Assembly: GCF_006345805.1 (NCBI RefSeq)
Contig: NW_021831871.1
Span: 966 to 64,965, forward strand
DNA length: 64,000 nt
Source: Octopus sinensis
Taxonomy: Eukaryota
Direction: 5' to 3'
Of the stretch, positions 42,060 to 55,750 are shown piece after piece (the stretch's first letter is position 1; each line of letters starts with the position of its first letter). The notes below the pieces were generated by a model, which saw only the letters and a program-made list of their open reading frames with translations, did no database searches and was not told the DNA's origin. The position numbers and the translations under genes are program-made.

Positions 42060-42272
42060 ACTCTCTTTTTCTCTTTTTACTTGTTTCAGTCATTTGACTG
42101 CGGCCATGCTGGAGCACCGCCTTTAGTCGAGCAAATCGACCCCGGGACTTATTCTTTGTAAGCCCAGTACTTATTCTATCGGTCTCTTTTGCCGAACCGC
42201 TAAGTGACGGGGGCGTAAACACAACAGCATCGGTTGTCAAGCAATACTAGGGGGACAACCACAGACACACAA

Positions 42273-42305
<33 letters not shown>

Positions 42306-42473
42306 CATATATACGACGGGCTTCTTTTCAGTTTCCGTCTACCAAATCCACTCACAAGGTATTGGTCAGCCCGGGGCTATAGCAGACGACACTCGCCCAA
42401 GATGCCACGCAGTGGGACTGAACCCGGAACCATGTGGCTGGTTAGCAAGCTACTTACCACACAGCCACTCCTG
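42060..42473 (-). mobile_element. SINE S2 copy
   Basis: Reverse complement of the 10090-10492 pattern. Confidence 0.88.
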
Positions 42474-42845
42474 TTTCTAACTTTCCGTTTCTAGAGACAG
42501 ATGCTTTCAGATTACATCTTCCTCAAGTAGCTTTATCACATTCGTCTAAAAATGCCACTAATATTTATATCACTGCTGAATTTCTGTCAGAATGTCTTAC
42601 ATTCTCCAAGTAGTGATACATATTTACATATTTACATATCTTTACGTTCTTGGGACAAATCCGACCGAAACAGACACTGAATTTCTCTCCTCTGGGGTCG
42701 ATAAATTCAGTAGCTGTAGTAATGTTGTGAGAATATTCTATCGATTATGCTGCTTCCGTTCGAATTTCTGGGCTTTTACCCAACTTCCCAACTTAGAAAT
42801 CATTATTGTTTATATAAAAACAATTTTATCTATCATAAAAATTTA

Positions 42846-42879
<34 letters not shown>

Positions 42880-43158
42880 CAACAATTGAGGGTAAAATTA
42901 ATTAATTATTAATCAATTTCACCAAGTATTCAGTATGTAAAGGGACCATTATAGGCGAATTCAAAATATTACATTATATATAAGGGCTTAGTAAAATAAA
43001 TTACTTTGCCACATACTGAACTCATTAGAAATAGCAGCTAAAGAAATTTCTTCAGCTATTTCTAATACTTAAAGAAGATCTCTCTCAGATAGTGTTTGCC
43101 TAAACTAACTCACAAAAGTATGGGGGAAAAAACATTAAAAAATCAAGTGCAAAGTTTT

Positions 43159-43209
43159 TGAGAACGTACGTTTCTAGATTAGTCATTCGACATTTCTTTC
43201 TTCAGCTCA
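43159..43209 (-). ncRNA. Type I hammerhead motif (R1 unit 1)
   Basis: Minus strand reads TGAG CTGAAGA ..GTC/GAC.. GAAA CGTACG TT CTCA. Confidence 0.7.
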
Positions 43210-43711
43210 GAATTCCTTGAATCGGATTTGGGAACACTGAAAGTCGGGAGCATACCCTTTCGGCTTCTAATCACCTCTAGAATTCTGCTCGAATTAAAAG
43301 TGCTATCAAATTCGAATATGCAAGCGAAGAATTTCTGCTCTCCCCTTTCCACCAGCGTGGGTTAAAATTGACAAACACCATGTATTAACGGTGAAAACCG
43401 CAGCATTTTACAGAGAAAGATGAATTATAATTTCAACAATGAGGGTAAAATTAATTAATTATTAATCAATTCACCAAGTATTCAGTATGTAAAGGGCCCA
43501 TTATAGGCGAATTCAAAATATTACATTATATATAAGGCTTAGTAAAATAAATTACTTTGCCACATACTGAACTCATTAGAAATAGCAGCTAAAGAAATTT
43601 CTTCAGCTATTTCTAATACTTAAAGAAGATCTCTCTCAGATAGTGTTTGCCTAAACTAACTCACAAAAGTATGGGGGAAAAAACATTAAAAAATCAAGTG
43701 CAAAGGTTATT

Positions 43712-43763
43712 TGAGAACGTACGTTTCTAGATTAGTCAATTCGACATTTCTTTCTTCAGCTCA
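43712..43763 (-). ncRNA. Type I hammerhead motif (R1 unit 2)
   Basis: Same motif as unit 1. Confidence 0.7.
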
Positions 43764-44282
43764 GAATTCCTTGAATCGGATTTGGGAACACTGAAAGTCG
43801 GGAGCATACCCTTTCGGCTTCTAATCACCTCTAGAATTCTGCTCGAACTAAAAGTGCTATCAATTCGAATATGCAAGCGAAGAATTTCTGCTGCTCTCCC
43901 CTTTCCACCAGCGTGGTTAAAATTGACAAACACCATGTATTAACGGTGAAAACCGCAGCATTTTACAGAGAAAGATGAATTATAATTTCAACAATTAATA
44001 CATACTGAATACTTGGTGAAATTGATTAATAATTAATTAATTTTACCCTCAATTGTTGAAATTATAATTCATCTTTCTCTGTAAAATGCTGCGGTTTTCA
44101 CCGTTAATACATGGTGTTTGTCAATTTTAACCCACGCTGGTGGAAAGGGGAGAGCAGAAATTCTTCGCTTGCATATTCGAATTTGATAGCACTTTTAGTT
44201 CGAGCAGAATTCTAGAGGTGATTAGAAGCCGAAAGGGTATGCTCCCGACTTTCAGTGTTCCCAAATCCGATTCAAGGAATTC

Positions 44283-44334
44283 TGAGCTGAAGAAAGAAAT
44301 GTCGAATTGACTAATCTAGAAACGTACGTTCTCA
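44283..44334 (+). ncRNA. Type I hammerhead motif (R1 inverted unit)
   Basis: TGAG CTGAAGA AAGAAATGTCGAATTGACTAATCTA GAAA CGTACG TT CTCA. Triplet GUU. The first stem II pair is an A.A mismatch. Confidence 0.7.
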
Positions 44335-44512
44335 AATAACCTTTGCACTTGATTTTTTAATGTTTTTTCCCCCATACTTTTGTGAGTTAGTTTAGGCAAA
44401 CACTATCTGAGAGAGATCTTCTTTAAGTATTAGAAATAGCTGAAGAAATTTCTTTAGCTGCTATTTCTAATGAGTTCAGTATGTGGCAAAGTAATTTATT
44501 TTACTAAGCCCT

Positions 44513-44596
<84 letters not shown>

Positions 44597-44725
44597 ATAC
44601 ATATATATGCATATATGCATATATATATATACATACACATATGTATGCATGTATATGTATATGTGTATATATATGTGTGTGTATATGTGTGTTTTGTGTG
44701 TGTGCGTATGTGTGTGTGTGGGGGT

Positions 44726-45043
44726 GGGTAAGAATGCTTGCTTCCCAACCACATGGTTCCGGTTTCAGTCCACCGCGTGACTTTTTGGGCGTCTGTCTTC
44801 TTCAATAGCCTCGGGCCGGCCAAACCCTTGTGAGTGGATTTGGTAGACGGAAACTGAAAGAAGCCCGTCATATATATGAATATGTACATATATCTATGTG
44901 TGCGTGTGTCTTTGTGTCTGTATACACCACCACCGCTTGACAACTGGTATTGGTGTATTTACATCCCTGTAACTTAGTGTTTCGACTAAAGAGACCGATA
45001 GAATAAGTACTAGACTTTAAAAAATAAGTACTGGAGTCGATTC
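44726..45043 (+). mobile_element. SINE S2 copy (diverged)
   Basis: Collinear with S2. Confidence 0.8.
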
Positions 45044-45082
45044 ATAATAATAATGATAATAATAATATTAATAATAATAATA

Positions 45083-45113
<31 letters not shown>

Positions 45114-45117
45114 AATA

Positions 45118-45155
<38 letters not shown>

Positions 45156-45240
45156 TAATAATAATAATATAATAATAATAATAATAAGAAGAAGAGAAGA
45201 AGAAGAAGAGAAGAAGAAGAAGAGAAGAAGAAGAAGAAGA

Positions 45241-45825
45241 TCAATGTCTACCTACAAGAAACTGCCAGGCTAACATATTAAAGAACGGCAGTAGCCCAAC
45301 ATATGTATGTTAACAACAAAATTAAACCATTCATCTTGTCTCCATGTACAGTATTCTTGCGCCTACAGAGTGTCTTAACGGGCATGATAGAGCAGCACAG
45401 TATATGTACTGGGTAATTTGCAAAAATCTGGACCTGTCCCATGATAAAAAAACTGGTAGGAACCAACTTCACCATTCAAACTGACATAAAGATAGATACG
45501 AATAGGGCAGACATTATATTGAAAGACTTCAGACAAAAATCATGCCTCCTCATTGATATGACTGTCCCAATCGACATAAATGTATCTGTCAAGACCTAAT
45601 AAAAACTGAGCAAGTAAAAAGATCTTGAAATACAAATTGGCTAAATGTGGAACCTCAAGACTAAAATAATACTTGTTGTCATAGGTGCCCTGGGAATGAT
45701 AGCAAAAGGGGCTGATTGCTACCTAACTCAGATACAAGGAAACACAAACATGGCAGAAATTCAAAAGATAGCGCTCCATGGAACTGCCCATGTCCTATAT
45801 AAAATACTTTCTATGTAATCTCAAA
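45241..45825 (+). mobile_element. Dong family B-related 3' fragment, older
   Basis: Similar to 26263-26890 with substitutions and deletions. Follows (AAT)n(AAG)n. Confidence 0.85.
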
Positions 45826-45959
45826 TGTTAAAAGAAAGCCAAGCTATTTGTTCCAGGCATCCTCGTTGCTTTGTAGGGGTGATGATAATGATGATGATGA
45901 TGATAATGACAACTACGAGGACTACAAGAAGAACGACAATAACAACAATAATAATAATC

Positions 45960-46790
45960 TTTTCTACTAAACGCACAAGGCCTGAATTTTCTCTGCAAAG
46001 GACTAGTCGATTACATCGACCCCAGTGTTTCACTGGTACTTAATTTATCGATCCCGAAGGGAAGAAATGCAAAGTCGACTTCGGTGGAATTTGAACTCAG
46101 AACGTAAAGACGGGCAAAATGCCGCTAAGCATTTCGTCCAGCGTTCTTAACGATTCTGCCAACTTGCTGCAATAATAACGATGATAATAATTCTTTCTAC
46201 TGGAAGCACAAGGCCTCAAATATGGGGTAAGGGATTAAGTTGATTACATCGACCCCAGTGCGTAACTGGTACTTATTTGCTCAACCCCGAAACGACGAAA
46301 AGCAAAGTGGATCCCGGTGGAATTTGAACTCAGAACGTAGCGACGGGCGAAATACCGATAAGTATTTCGTCCAGCGTGCTAACTATTCTGCCTGCTCACC
46401 GCCTTAACAACAATAATAATAATAATGGTTTCAAATTTTGGCACAAGGCCAGCAGTTTTGGATAGGTCGTGTAAATCGACCCTAGCGCTCAACTGTTGTT
46501 TATTTTATCGGCCCCAAAAGGATGAAAGGCAAAGTCGACCTCGGCTTACGTTTTGAACTCAAAACGTGAAGATGAGCAAAGTGTTGCTATTTTGTCCAGT
46601 CCGCTAAAGATGCTGCCAAATTTTGGCACAAGGCCAGTAATTTCTAGAGTAGGAAATACCTCAATGATAACGAACCCAGCACTTAATGTGTACCTTATTT
46701 TATCGAACCCTCGATTCGGAGAAAGGCAAAGTTGAACTTGGGACATAAAGGGACTGATGAAATGCCTGATGCACTGACGATTCTGCTTCA
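45960..46790 (-). mobile_element. Tandem cluster of about 4 S1 SINEs
   Basis: GCACAAGGCC..ATCGACCC..GAACTCA blocks at about 45974, 46206, 46441 and 46625. Confidence 0.8.
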
Positions 46791-46831
46791 ATGAGGTTAA
46801 AAATCTTGGGAAGCGAAATTTTTTACAACCT

Positions 46832-47433
46832 GAGTTCCGGATCCCAGTAATGAACCCATTTGCATACAGCCAATCAGAGATCACCTTAACCTTGTTGAAC
46901 ACAAACAACTGCGCAGAGACAGCCATGCAGATAACGAACGATCAGATCCGTTCAGCTCTGAGATTATGCCTAGACACAAAGCCCAACATAACATTCGTGA
47001 ACGTGTTAAAAAGAAACCAATCTATTGGTAAAACACTCTACCAAGTAAACTCAAGACGAAGAACGGTGTTGTAAGTCGACCGATCGCCAAGTTATGCCTG
47101 ATTTTAGAAGGAGTCAAATTTGCATCTATAACTATCATCGGATTTTGTTAGGGCTTCGTATGGTAAGGATGTGGATGGGAATTGAGGGTGATGTGTGAGC
47201 AACCCTCTGCCCTTATTGTTTTACAAAATAAACAACAACACAAATACTTACGCAGAGGCAGCCATGGTTGAAACAAGAACAACAAGCATTATTAAAAAGA
47301 GGAAAGAAGCATGGTCTGTCCTAATCCAAGTGACCTTATCTTATCGCCCATCACTTATGCATTCTTAAATTAGTTTGATAGTTGAGTTCTGATTGGTTGT
47401 ATGCAAATTGTTCATAACTGGGATCCGGAACTC
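46832..47433. mobile_element. ~600-bp MITE-like element with ~50-bp imperfect TIRs
   Basis: GAGTTCCGGATCCCAGTAATGAACCCATTTGCATACAGCCAATCAGA mirrors TCTGATTGGTTGTATGCAAATTGTTCATAACTGGGATCCGGAACTC. Confidence 0.8.
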
Positions 47434-47920
47434 TCGTGGGGGGGGGGGATTTCGCTGGCGGGGCGGTGATTTTGTCGATTAGTAGACTCAGTGTATAATT
47501 GTCCTTTATATTATCGATCCTGGAGGGTCGAAAATTAACATTCACCTTTGGAGAGATTTGAAACCGGAACGTAAAAAGCCGGAACAAATACCGCTTTTTA
47601 CTTTCTGAACAATAATAATAGAAAAGTATACCAATATATATATATATATATACAATGTCAGTTACAATCTATTGTCTTAATGTTCATTGTGAAAGTGAAA
47701 GTGAAAGTAGAGATATAACATGAAAACTTCTTAAAGACTGAGAAAGACGAAAAGAATTTTATTTGTGTGTATATGTGTGTGCGTGTGTATGTGCGCGCGT
47801 GTGTTTGAGTTAATATGAGTAGTTGTGTATAATAGCTCGTTTGTATGTCTATATTTATGGTGCTGTGTGCTTGGTTATGACTGGGAGTGAGTTTCTATGT
47901 GCATGCATCACCTTTGTTTG

Positions 47921-47954
<34 letters not shown>

Positions 47955-48376
47955 GTGATATCTGTGCGCTTGTGTGATTGTGTTAATGTGTATTTATGCA
48001 CGTATAGGTGTACGTGTAAAATGCATGCGTGTGCTTATGTATGGGTCTGCTGTGTGAGTTTAAAAAGCAAAAATAACAGAGGAGTCAGGAAAAAGTATTA
48101 AAGGAAAAAAAGAGAGAAGAAATGAGTAAAAAGATTAATATATGCAATATAGAGAGGATAGCAAAGAGGTAGAAAGTCAAAGAAATAAAGAAATATAGAG
48201 AGTGTGTATGTGAGAGAGAGACGAGAGAGAGAGAGAGAGAAAGAGAAGAATGAGAGACAGAGAGAAAACCATTTTTTTTATTTTGTCATAACTCAGTTAT
48301 ATAAATCTATGTATATGTGTGTGAATGAATATATATATATATATGTATATGTTTATATATAAATATATATTGTTTA

Positions 48377-48452
<76 letters not shown>

Positions 48453-48546
48453 GCACAAACACGTGTGCGTATGTTTGTATATGTACATACCTGAGCACGC
48501 ATTCACGCTATTAAACACAAATGCATAATACGCGTTCAGACATATG

Positions 48547-48599
<53 letters not shown>

Positions 48600-48775
48600 T
48601 ATATACTTGTATATATACAAGATATGTGAACATATATTTATGAGTTTTTGTGTACGTACATCTATTTATCTATCGATATACATACATATATTCATGTGTA
48701 AATTCTGTTAAACGCACATACGTTCATATATACCTATTCAGGTATATACGTATCCATATATGTATATGTTTGAGA

Positions 48776-48810
<35 letters not shown>

Positions 48811-48823
48811 CATATATATATAT

Positions 48824-48857
<34 letters not shown>

Positions 48858-49348
48858 GAGAGAGAGAGAGGGGGAGAGAAAGAGAGAGAGAGAAATATAG
48901 ATATATATATATATACATATTTATATACATACATATATATACATATACACACATATATATGTATATATTTATACACGTTTATATATATACATACATACTT
49001 ACATATATATATATATATATGCATATGCGTGTGTATATGTGTGTGCATGTGGGTAAGGGTGTGTGTGTGTATAATAGCTCAATATCGGTAAGCTCAGAAA
49101 AAGCTATGTGAACCAACAAGAAAGTATAAAGAACATGGAACAATGCCAAAGATTAAGAAATGTTTCGAGTGGCGATAAACTGAATGGTAAAACGATGCTG
49201 GCATCTTCTGAAAGTCTCTTCCTGTATTTGAAAATCAATAATAATAGAAACACCTTAGATTGTACCACTAAACCGTGTTTCTTTCGCGCATAGCGGTGCA
49301 TTCGTGTATATTAATGTATGTATCTGTTTCCATACGTTTGTATCATGC

Positions 49349-49400
<52 letters not shown>

Positions 49401-49629
49401 CATACACACGCACAGAAACGCACGCGCACACATACATATATGTATATGTATGTATGCATGTATATGTATATGTATGTATGCGTGTATGTGTATATGCATG
49501 CATGTATGTATATGAATATACATGTTATATGCGTGTTTGCGTGTATGAACGTACGTGCGTTTATACAGATTTTACGTATGAATATGTGTATCTATCAATC
49601 ATCTACCTATCTATTTATTTATCTATCTG

Positions 49630-49666
<37 letters not shown>

Positions 49667-49711
49667 ATCTCTCTATCTATCTGTCTGTCTATCTATCTAT
49701 CTATCTATCTA

Positions 49712-49750
<39 letters not shown>

Positions 49751-49775
49751 CTATCTATCTATCTCTCTATCTATC

Positions 49776-49809
<34 letters not shown>

Positions 49810-49894
49810 ATCTATCTATCTATCTTCTATCTATGTATGTCTATCTGTCTGTCTTCTGTCTCTGTTTGTCTGTCTCTCTATATATCTATTATAA

Positions 49895-49968
<74 letters not shown>

Positions 49969-50146
49969 TATATACTTGTATAGTATACACAAGTATATGT
50001 GAACATAATTTATGAGTTTTTGTACGTACATCTATTTATCTATCGATATACATACATAATTCATGTGTAAATTCTGTTAAACGCACATACGTTCATATAT
50101 ACCTATTCAGGTATATACGTATCCATATATATGTATATGTTTGAGA

Positions 50147-50185
<39 letters not shown>

Positions 50186-51072
50186 CATATATATATATAA
50201 TATATATATATATACATATATTATATATATAGAGAGAGAGGAGGGGGAGAGAGAAAGAGAGAGAGAGAAATATAGATATATATATATATACATATTTATA
50301 TACATACATATATATACATATACACCACTATATGTAATATTTATACACGTTTATATATATACATACATACTTACATATATATATATATATATATGCATAT
50401 GCGTGTGTATATGTGTGTGCATGTGGGTAAGGGTGTGTGTGTGTATAATAGCTCAATATCGGTAAGCTCAGAAAAAGCTATGTGAACCAACAAGAAAGTA
50501 TAAAGAACATGGAACAATGCCAAAGATTAAGAAATGTTTCGAGTGGCGATAAACTGAATGGTAACACGATGCTGGCATCTTCTGAAAGTCTCTTCCTGTA
50601 TTTGAAAATCAATAATACTAGAAAACAACCTTAGATTGTACCACTAAACCGTGTTTCTTTCGCGCTATAGCGGTGCATTCGGTGCGTTATATAGTTAATG
50701 TATGTATCCTGTTTTCCATAACGTTTTGTATCATGCCTGTATATATATATATATAATAATATTATATATATATATATATATATATAACATACAACACCGC
50801 ACAAGAAAACGCACGCGCACACATACATAATGTATATGTATGTATGCATGTATATGTATATGTATGTATGCGTGTATGTGTATATGCATGCATGTATGGT
50901 ATATGAATATACATGTTATATGCGTGTTTGCGTGTATGAAACGTACGTGCGTTTATACAGATTTTACGTATGAATATGTGTATCTATCAATCACCTATCC
51001 TATCTATTTATTTATCTATCTGTCTATCTATCATATATCTATCTAATATCTATCTATCTATCTCTCTATCTA

Positions 51073-51162
<90 letters not shown>

Positions 51163-51220
51163 TGTCTCTCTATCATCTATCTATCTATCTATCTATCTAT
51201 CTATTATCTATATATCTATC

Positions 51221-51252
<32 letters not shown>

Positions 51253-51319
51253 GTATGTCTATCTGTCTGTCTTCTGTCTCTGTTTGTCTGTCTCTCTATA
51301 TATTCTATTATAAATATAA

Positions 51320-51350
<31 letters not shown>
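48600..51350. repeat. ~1.37-kb tandem duplication (units start at about 48600 and 49970)
   Basis: Unique blocks such as ATAATAGCTCAATATCGGTAAGCTCAG recur at 49071 and about 50445. Confidence 0.9.
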
Positions 51351-51357
<7 letters not shown>

Positions 51358-51644
51358 GCACACACACTCACGCACGCGTGCACATCCACACACGCGCACA
51401 CATATAAGCGTGTGCGTTAATATGTGTGGATGCTTATTGTATGCCAATGGGGTTTTAATTTCCGTACTGATATATTCCCACTTGTGCATCTGTTTCTATT
51501 TTATGAATGTCGGAGTGTGACTGCACAGACTCAGAGATTTCCGATGAAACTTGGGCTTTCATTTGTGACTTGTAAAAATTTAAGATCTGAACTTTTGTCA
51601 ACTTGTAACCACATCCTGAAATATATATTGTGCCGTTTAGTATA

Positions 51645-51998
51645 TCTTTTATCTTTTACTTGTTTTAATCATTAGACTGCAGTCATGCTGGATTACTGGT
51701 TTGAAGAATTTAATGAATACGTACTGGAGCCTAATGAATCGATCCCAGTACTTTTTTTATCTTTTAAGTCTATTGCTTATTCTATAGGTCTCTATTACCG
51801 AACCACTAAGTTGCGTGTTCATAAACACGGCAACACCGTTTGTCTGACTGCGGTGAGGGACAAACGCTGACACAAAGATACATACACACGCACGAAAGTA
51901 CACACACATGTACAAACACACTCACACTCACACACACACACACACACACTCACACACACACACACACACACTCACACACACCACACACAACACACACA

Positions 51999-52034
<36 letters not shown>

Positions 52035-52270
52035 TATATATATATATATATATATGCAGAAACTGAAAGAAACTCATCGTATATGTATATATATACACAT
52101 ATACGATGAGTTTCTTTCAGTTTCTGTGTACCGAATCCACTTCCACTCACGAAGCTTTGGTCGGACCGAGGCTATAACATAACAATAGACACTTACCCTA
52201 GGTGCTGCGCAGTGGGACTGAACCTGGAACTACGTGGTTAGGAAGTAAGCTTCTTACCACACAGCCACAT
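51645..52270 (-). mobile_element. SINE S2-related copy with expanded internal microsatellite
   Basis: Head at about 52100-52270, tail at about 51645-51850. Confidence 0.7.
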
Positions 52271-53554
52271 CTATTGAAAGATGAAATTTTTAAAAATCCT
52301 TACTCCCTGTCTTATGTTTACGATCATCGAACGAATGGGATCAGAAGAACAAGATGATGGTCACATAAGTATTTGTCGAAAACTGTGGATCTCACAGCCA
52401 TGGGACATGTTTTTGTTTTCTCCCTTACAGATAAACAACTCCTATTTTATTTTTAGTTGTTATTTTACTTATGGGGAGACCCATTATTATCTTCTTTGCA
52501 TACTTTTAACATAAAATAAGTACCAGTCCACTCCTGGAGCCGATGTAATCGACTTAGCACCTGCTCTGAAATTGTTTGCCCCGTGCCAAAATTTGAAACT
52601 AGTCTGTATACACCTCACCGAGTTTCCAAGACAAGTAGGTGGAAAAGAGGTAGATATCCTGAAATCAGACACCTAACCCGAATACTTCCAACAGGAGTGA
52701 CTCTGCTAAAAGCACCCAAGGTACGTGGTGGTGCATCGGATTAAGTCGATCACCGTTGTAAGGCGTTGATAGAGTTAGAAGTCCGGAGGCAAAGACCCGA
52801 AACAAATACCACAAGGTATTTAGCCCGAGACGCATGGCGAAGCGAAGGCTTTACGGTGTTGGTCTCATGATCGTAATATTGGGGTTTCGATTCTTGGACT
52901 GGGTGATGCATTTTCCTGTTCAGCAAAGCACTTCATTTCACGTTGTTCCTCTCCACACATCTGTTATAAATGGCGTCCCGTCTAGGAGGAATATTTATTC
53001 TAGAGAAACCTGAAAACTGGCCCTATGCTGCTTTCAGTGTAATATGGACAAACTATTTGGTCCGACTTTTATATAGTTTCGGCTAAAGAAGCTCTGAATT
53101 GGAACATTTTTATTGGACTCGGAAGGACGAAAAGCAAAGCTGACTCCGGCGAGATTTAAAGTGAAATCTCTGTGTATCATGATAAACACTGCGAGTCATT
53201 CTATCCGACGCAGTGACGATTCTGAAACATCGTCGATGGCTTTTGCGATAGTATTGATTGTCGATGCGGTGATGGCTGTCGGTCTGTTTATGTCAGTAGT
53301 GGTGAAATCGGTCTGATTATCGTAGTAGTAGTTGTTGTTTTGCTGGTAGTATTGATGGAGGTGATCATGTCGTTCATAAGGCGGAAGTGGTGATGACTAT
53401 GCTGGTGCTAAGCAGGACCGCATTAAGACCCATAGAAATCATAAGCGCTAACAAGATTTTGGTGCTTCAATATATAAGTAATCTCAAAATATTAACAATA
53501 ATAAACCATGAAATAAATTTTTAGTTTTCAAAAACAGCAGATAGGATAAAGATC

Positions 53555-53785
53555 CTTCTAGGGCCATATAAACTCACAGCGGCGGTTTCCGGTTTCCGTG
53601 GCGTATATGTTCTCCACTCGGAAGGGACGTCGGTCCATCACAGGATTATTAACTTTTGTCAGCTGGGTGGACTGGGGCAACGTGAAATGAAGTGTTTTGA
53701 TTCAGAGCACAACGGTCCAGGAATCGAAACCAGACTCTTACAATCATGAGTTCGACACACTAACCACTAAGCCAGGCACCGCCAC
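53555..53785 (-). mobile_element. SINE S3 copy
   Basis: Collinear with 17950-18182. Confidence 0.8.
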
Positions 53786-53800
53786 AATGAACAGCTAGAA

Positions 53801-54240
53801 GGAAGCTGTGTGGTAAGTAGCTTGCTTACCAACCAAATGGTTCCGGGTTCAATCCCACTGCGTGGCACCTTGGGCAAGTGTCTTCAACTATAGCCTCGGG
53901 GCGACCAAAGCCTTGTGAGTAGATTTGGTTGACGGAAACTGAAAGAAGCCCGTCGTATATATACATATATATATATATATTATATATATATTATATATAT
54001 ATATATGTACATATATATGTGTGTGTGTGTGTTTGTGTGTCTGTTTGTCCCCCCCCACCATCGCTTGACAACCGATGTTGGTGTGTTCACGTCCCCGTGA
54101 CTTAGCGGTTCGGCAAAGGAGACCGATAGAATAAGTACTGAGCTTACAAAGAATAAGTACTGGGGTCGATTTACTCGACTAAAGGCGGTGCTCCCACATG
54201 GCCGCAGTCAAATGACTGAAACAAATAAAAGAATAAAAGA
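53801..54240 (+). mobile_element. SINE S2 copy
   Basis: Collinear with 10090-10492. Confidence 0.88.
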
Positions 54241-54684
54241 ACAGAATACTTGCACTTTATTTATATTTGAAAAAGTTTTTTCCTCCATCTTTTTGGTGGC
54301 AAAGTCTTTGATCAGATCCTCCCAATTACACCACGAACACTTCGTAATTACATTTCCGATCATATAAAGCACATCGAATGTTTTTTTAGCAAGTGATATT
54401 CTTTTGTGCCGTAAACCAATTACCATTTCTGTGGTGCCCCTTTCCTTGGTACCGTAAATGCCAGCTTATTTTGCTTAACGGTTAATCCAACGCTAATAAT
54501 TAGTAATAATATTAATTATTAATAATACTAATACTGTCATAGAAGGTAGTACAAAGACATTAGCGAAGGATAGTGACTTGGTTGTTGTGGGGTTTTAGCC
54601 CTAGGTCCACTCGGCTCAGCACACCAATGATCAAAGATCAATGATATTCCTGTGGTAACCATCTTATTTAGCATTACATATCAT

Positions 54685-54982
54685 TGGTGGTGGTAGTGGT
54701 GGTGATGAATGTGATGATGATGATGACGACGATGATGATGAATACGCTGATGATGAGGTTGATGACAACGATGATGATGATGATGATGTTGAGGAGGAGT
54801 AGGAGTAGGAGGATTATGTGTTAGAGTAATTGTGAGTATGATGGTCATATCATCTGTATTCGAAGCGATCGTGGCCGAATTATAGAGGTGGACAGAGTAG
54901 ATACCATATAAGCGGTGATGGTGGAGTTGGCGACGACATTCTATTTGGTGGTATAGAAACCAGAGTGATGGCAGCGTTAATA

Positions 54983-55022
<40 letters not shown>

Positions 55023-55284
55023 GCGATGAAGATGATGATGATAATGGTGATGATGATAGTGACGATGAAGATAATTATAATGACGAAATTAACGATGACG
55101 ATGACGACGACGACGATGATGATGATGACGATGTAAATGATGATGAGGATAGTGATGATGAGGACGATGATGATAACATCAGCAACAACAGCGGTGATGG
55201 TGGTGGTGGTGGCAGTGCTTCTACGGAACCGATGCTAATGACGGTTTCAATGGTTATATCAATAGAGATTATGTTGGCGACGAT

Positions 55285-55317
<33 letters not shown>

Positions 55318-55750
55318 CGATTGACGATAGCGATGATGAAGATCATCATCATCATCGTCATGATGTGATGATGGTGGCGTTGCTTTGTAGCCTATGCTAG
55401 TGGGGTACTGACGGTGATTAAGATAGGGATGATGATGATGACCATGGTGGTGATGATGGTAATGATGATGATGAGGAGGAGGATGACGATGATGATGAAA
55501 ACGACGACAGCGCCAACGACGACAACAACGTCAACGACGACGATGGTGGTGGTCGTCGTCGTGGCGGTGGTGGTGGTAATGGTGGTGGTGGTGCTGCTGC
55601 TGGTGATGATGACTGTGGTGGTGTTGATAGTAGTCATCGTCATCATCGCCATCACCATCATCATCATTGTGATCTTCATGATAATCGTGATTATAAAGTT
55701 GCTGCTGCTGCTGTCGTTGTTGATGAAGATGATGACAGCGACCTCAACGA
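54685..55750. repeat. Degenerate trinucleotide low-complexity tract (GAT/GAC/GGT/CAT)
   Basis: Visible directly. It produces spurious poly-D/M/V ORFs. Confidence 0.9.

Larger units (their letters stand above)
42877..44520. mobile_element. Family R1 array: two tandem ~554-bp units plus an inverted ~520-bp unit, in (TA)n (retrozyme or Penelope pseudo-LTR-like)
   Basis: TTTCAACAATT unit starts at 42877, 43431 and 43986. 44000-44520 is the reverse complement of about 42975-43490. One hammerhead motif per unit. Confidence 0.88.
53413..54495 (-). mobile_element. Decayed hAT-like DNA transposon carrying two nested SINEs
   Basis: Ends CAGGACCGCATTAA and TTAATCCAACGCTA (degenerate TIR). Minus-strand peptide WEDLIKDFATKK resembles the hAT transposase C-terminus. 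Confidence 0.45.

Noticed and set aside
42877-43996. Regular repeats as a CRISPR array
   Set aside because: Units are ~554 bp with no unique spacers, the context is eukaryotic, and there are no cas genes.
49070-49300. Possible exon in the duplicated unique block
   Set aside because: An acceptor-like site exists on the minus strand, but the frames I read close quickly and resemble no known protein.
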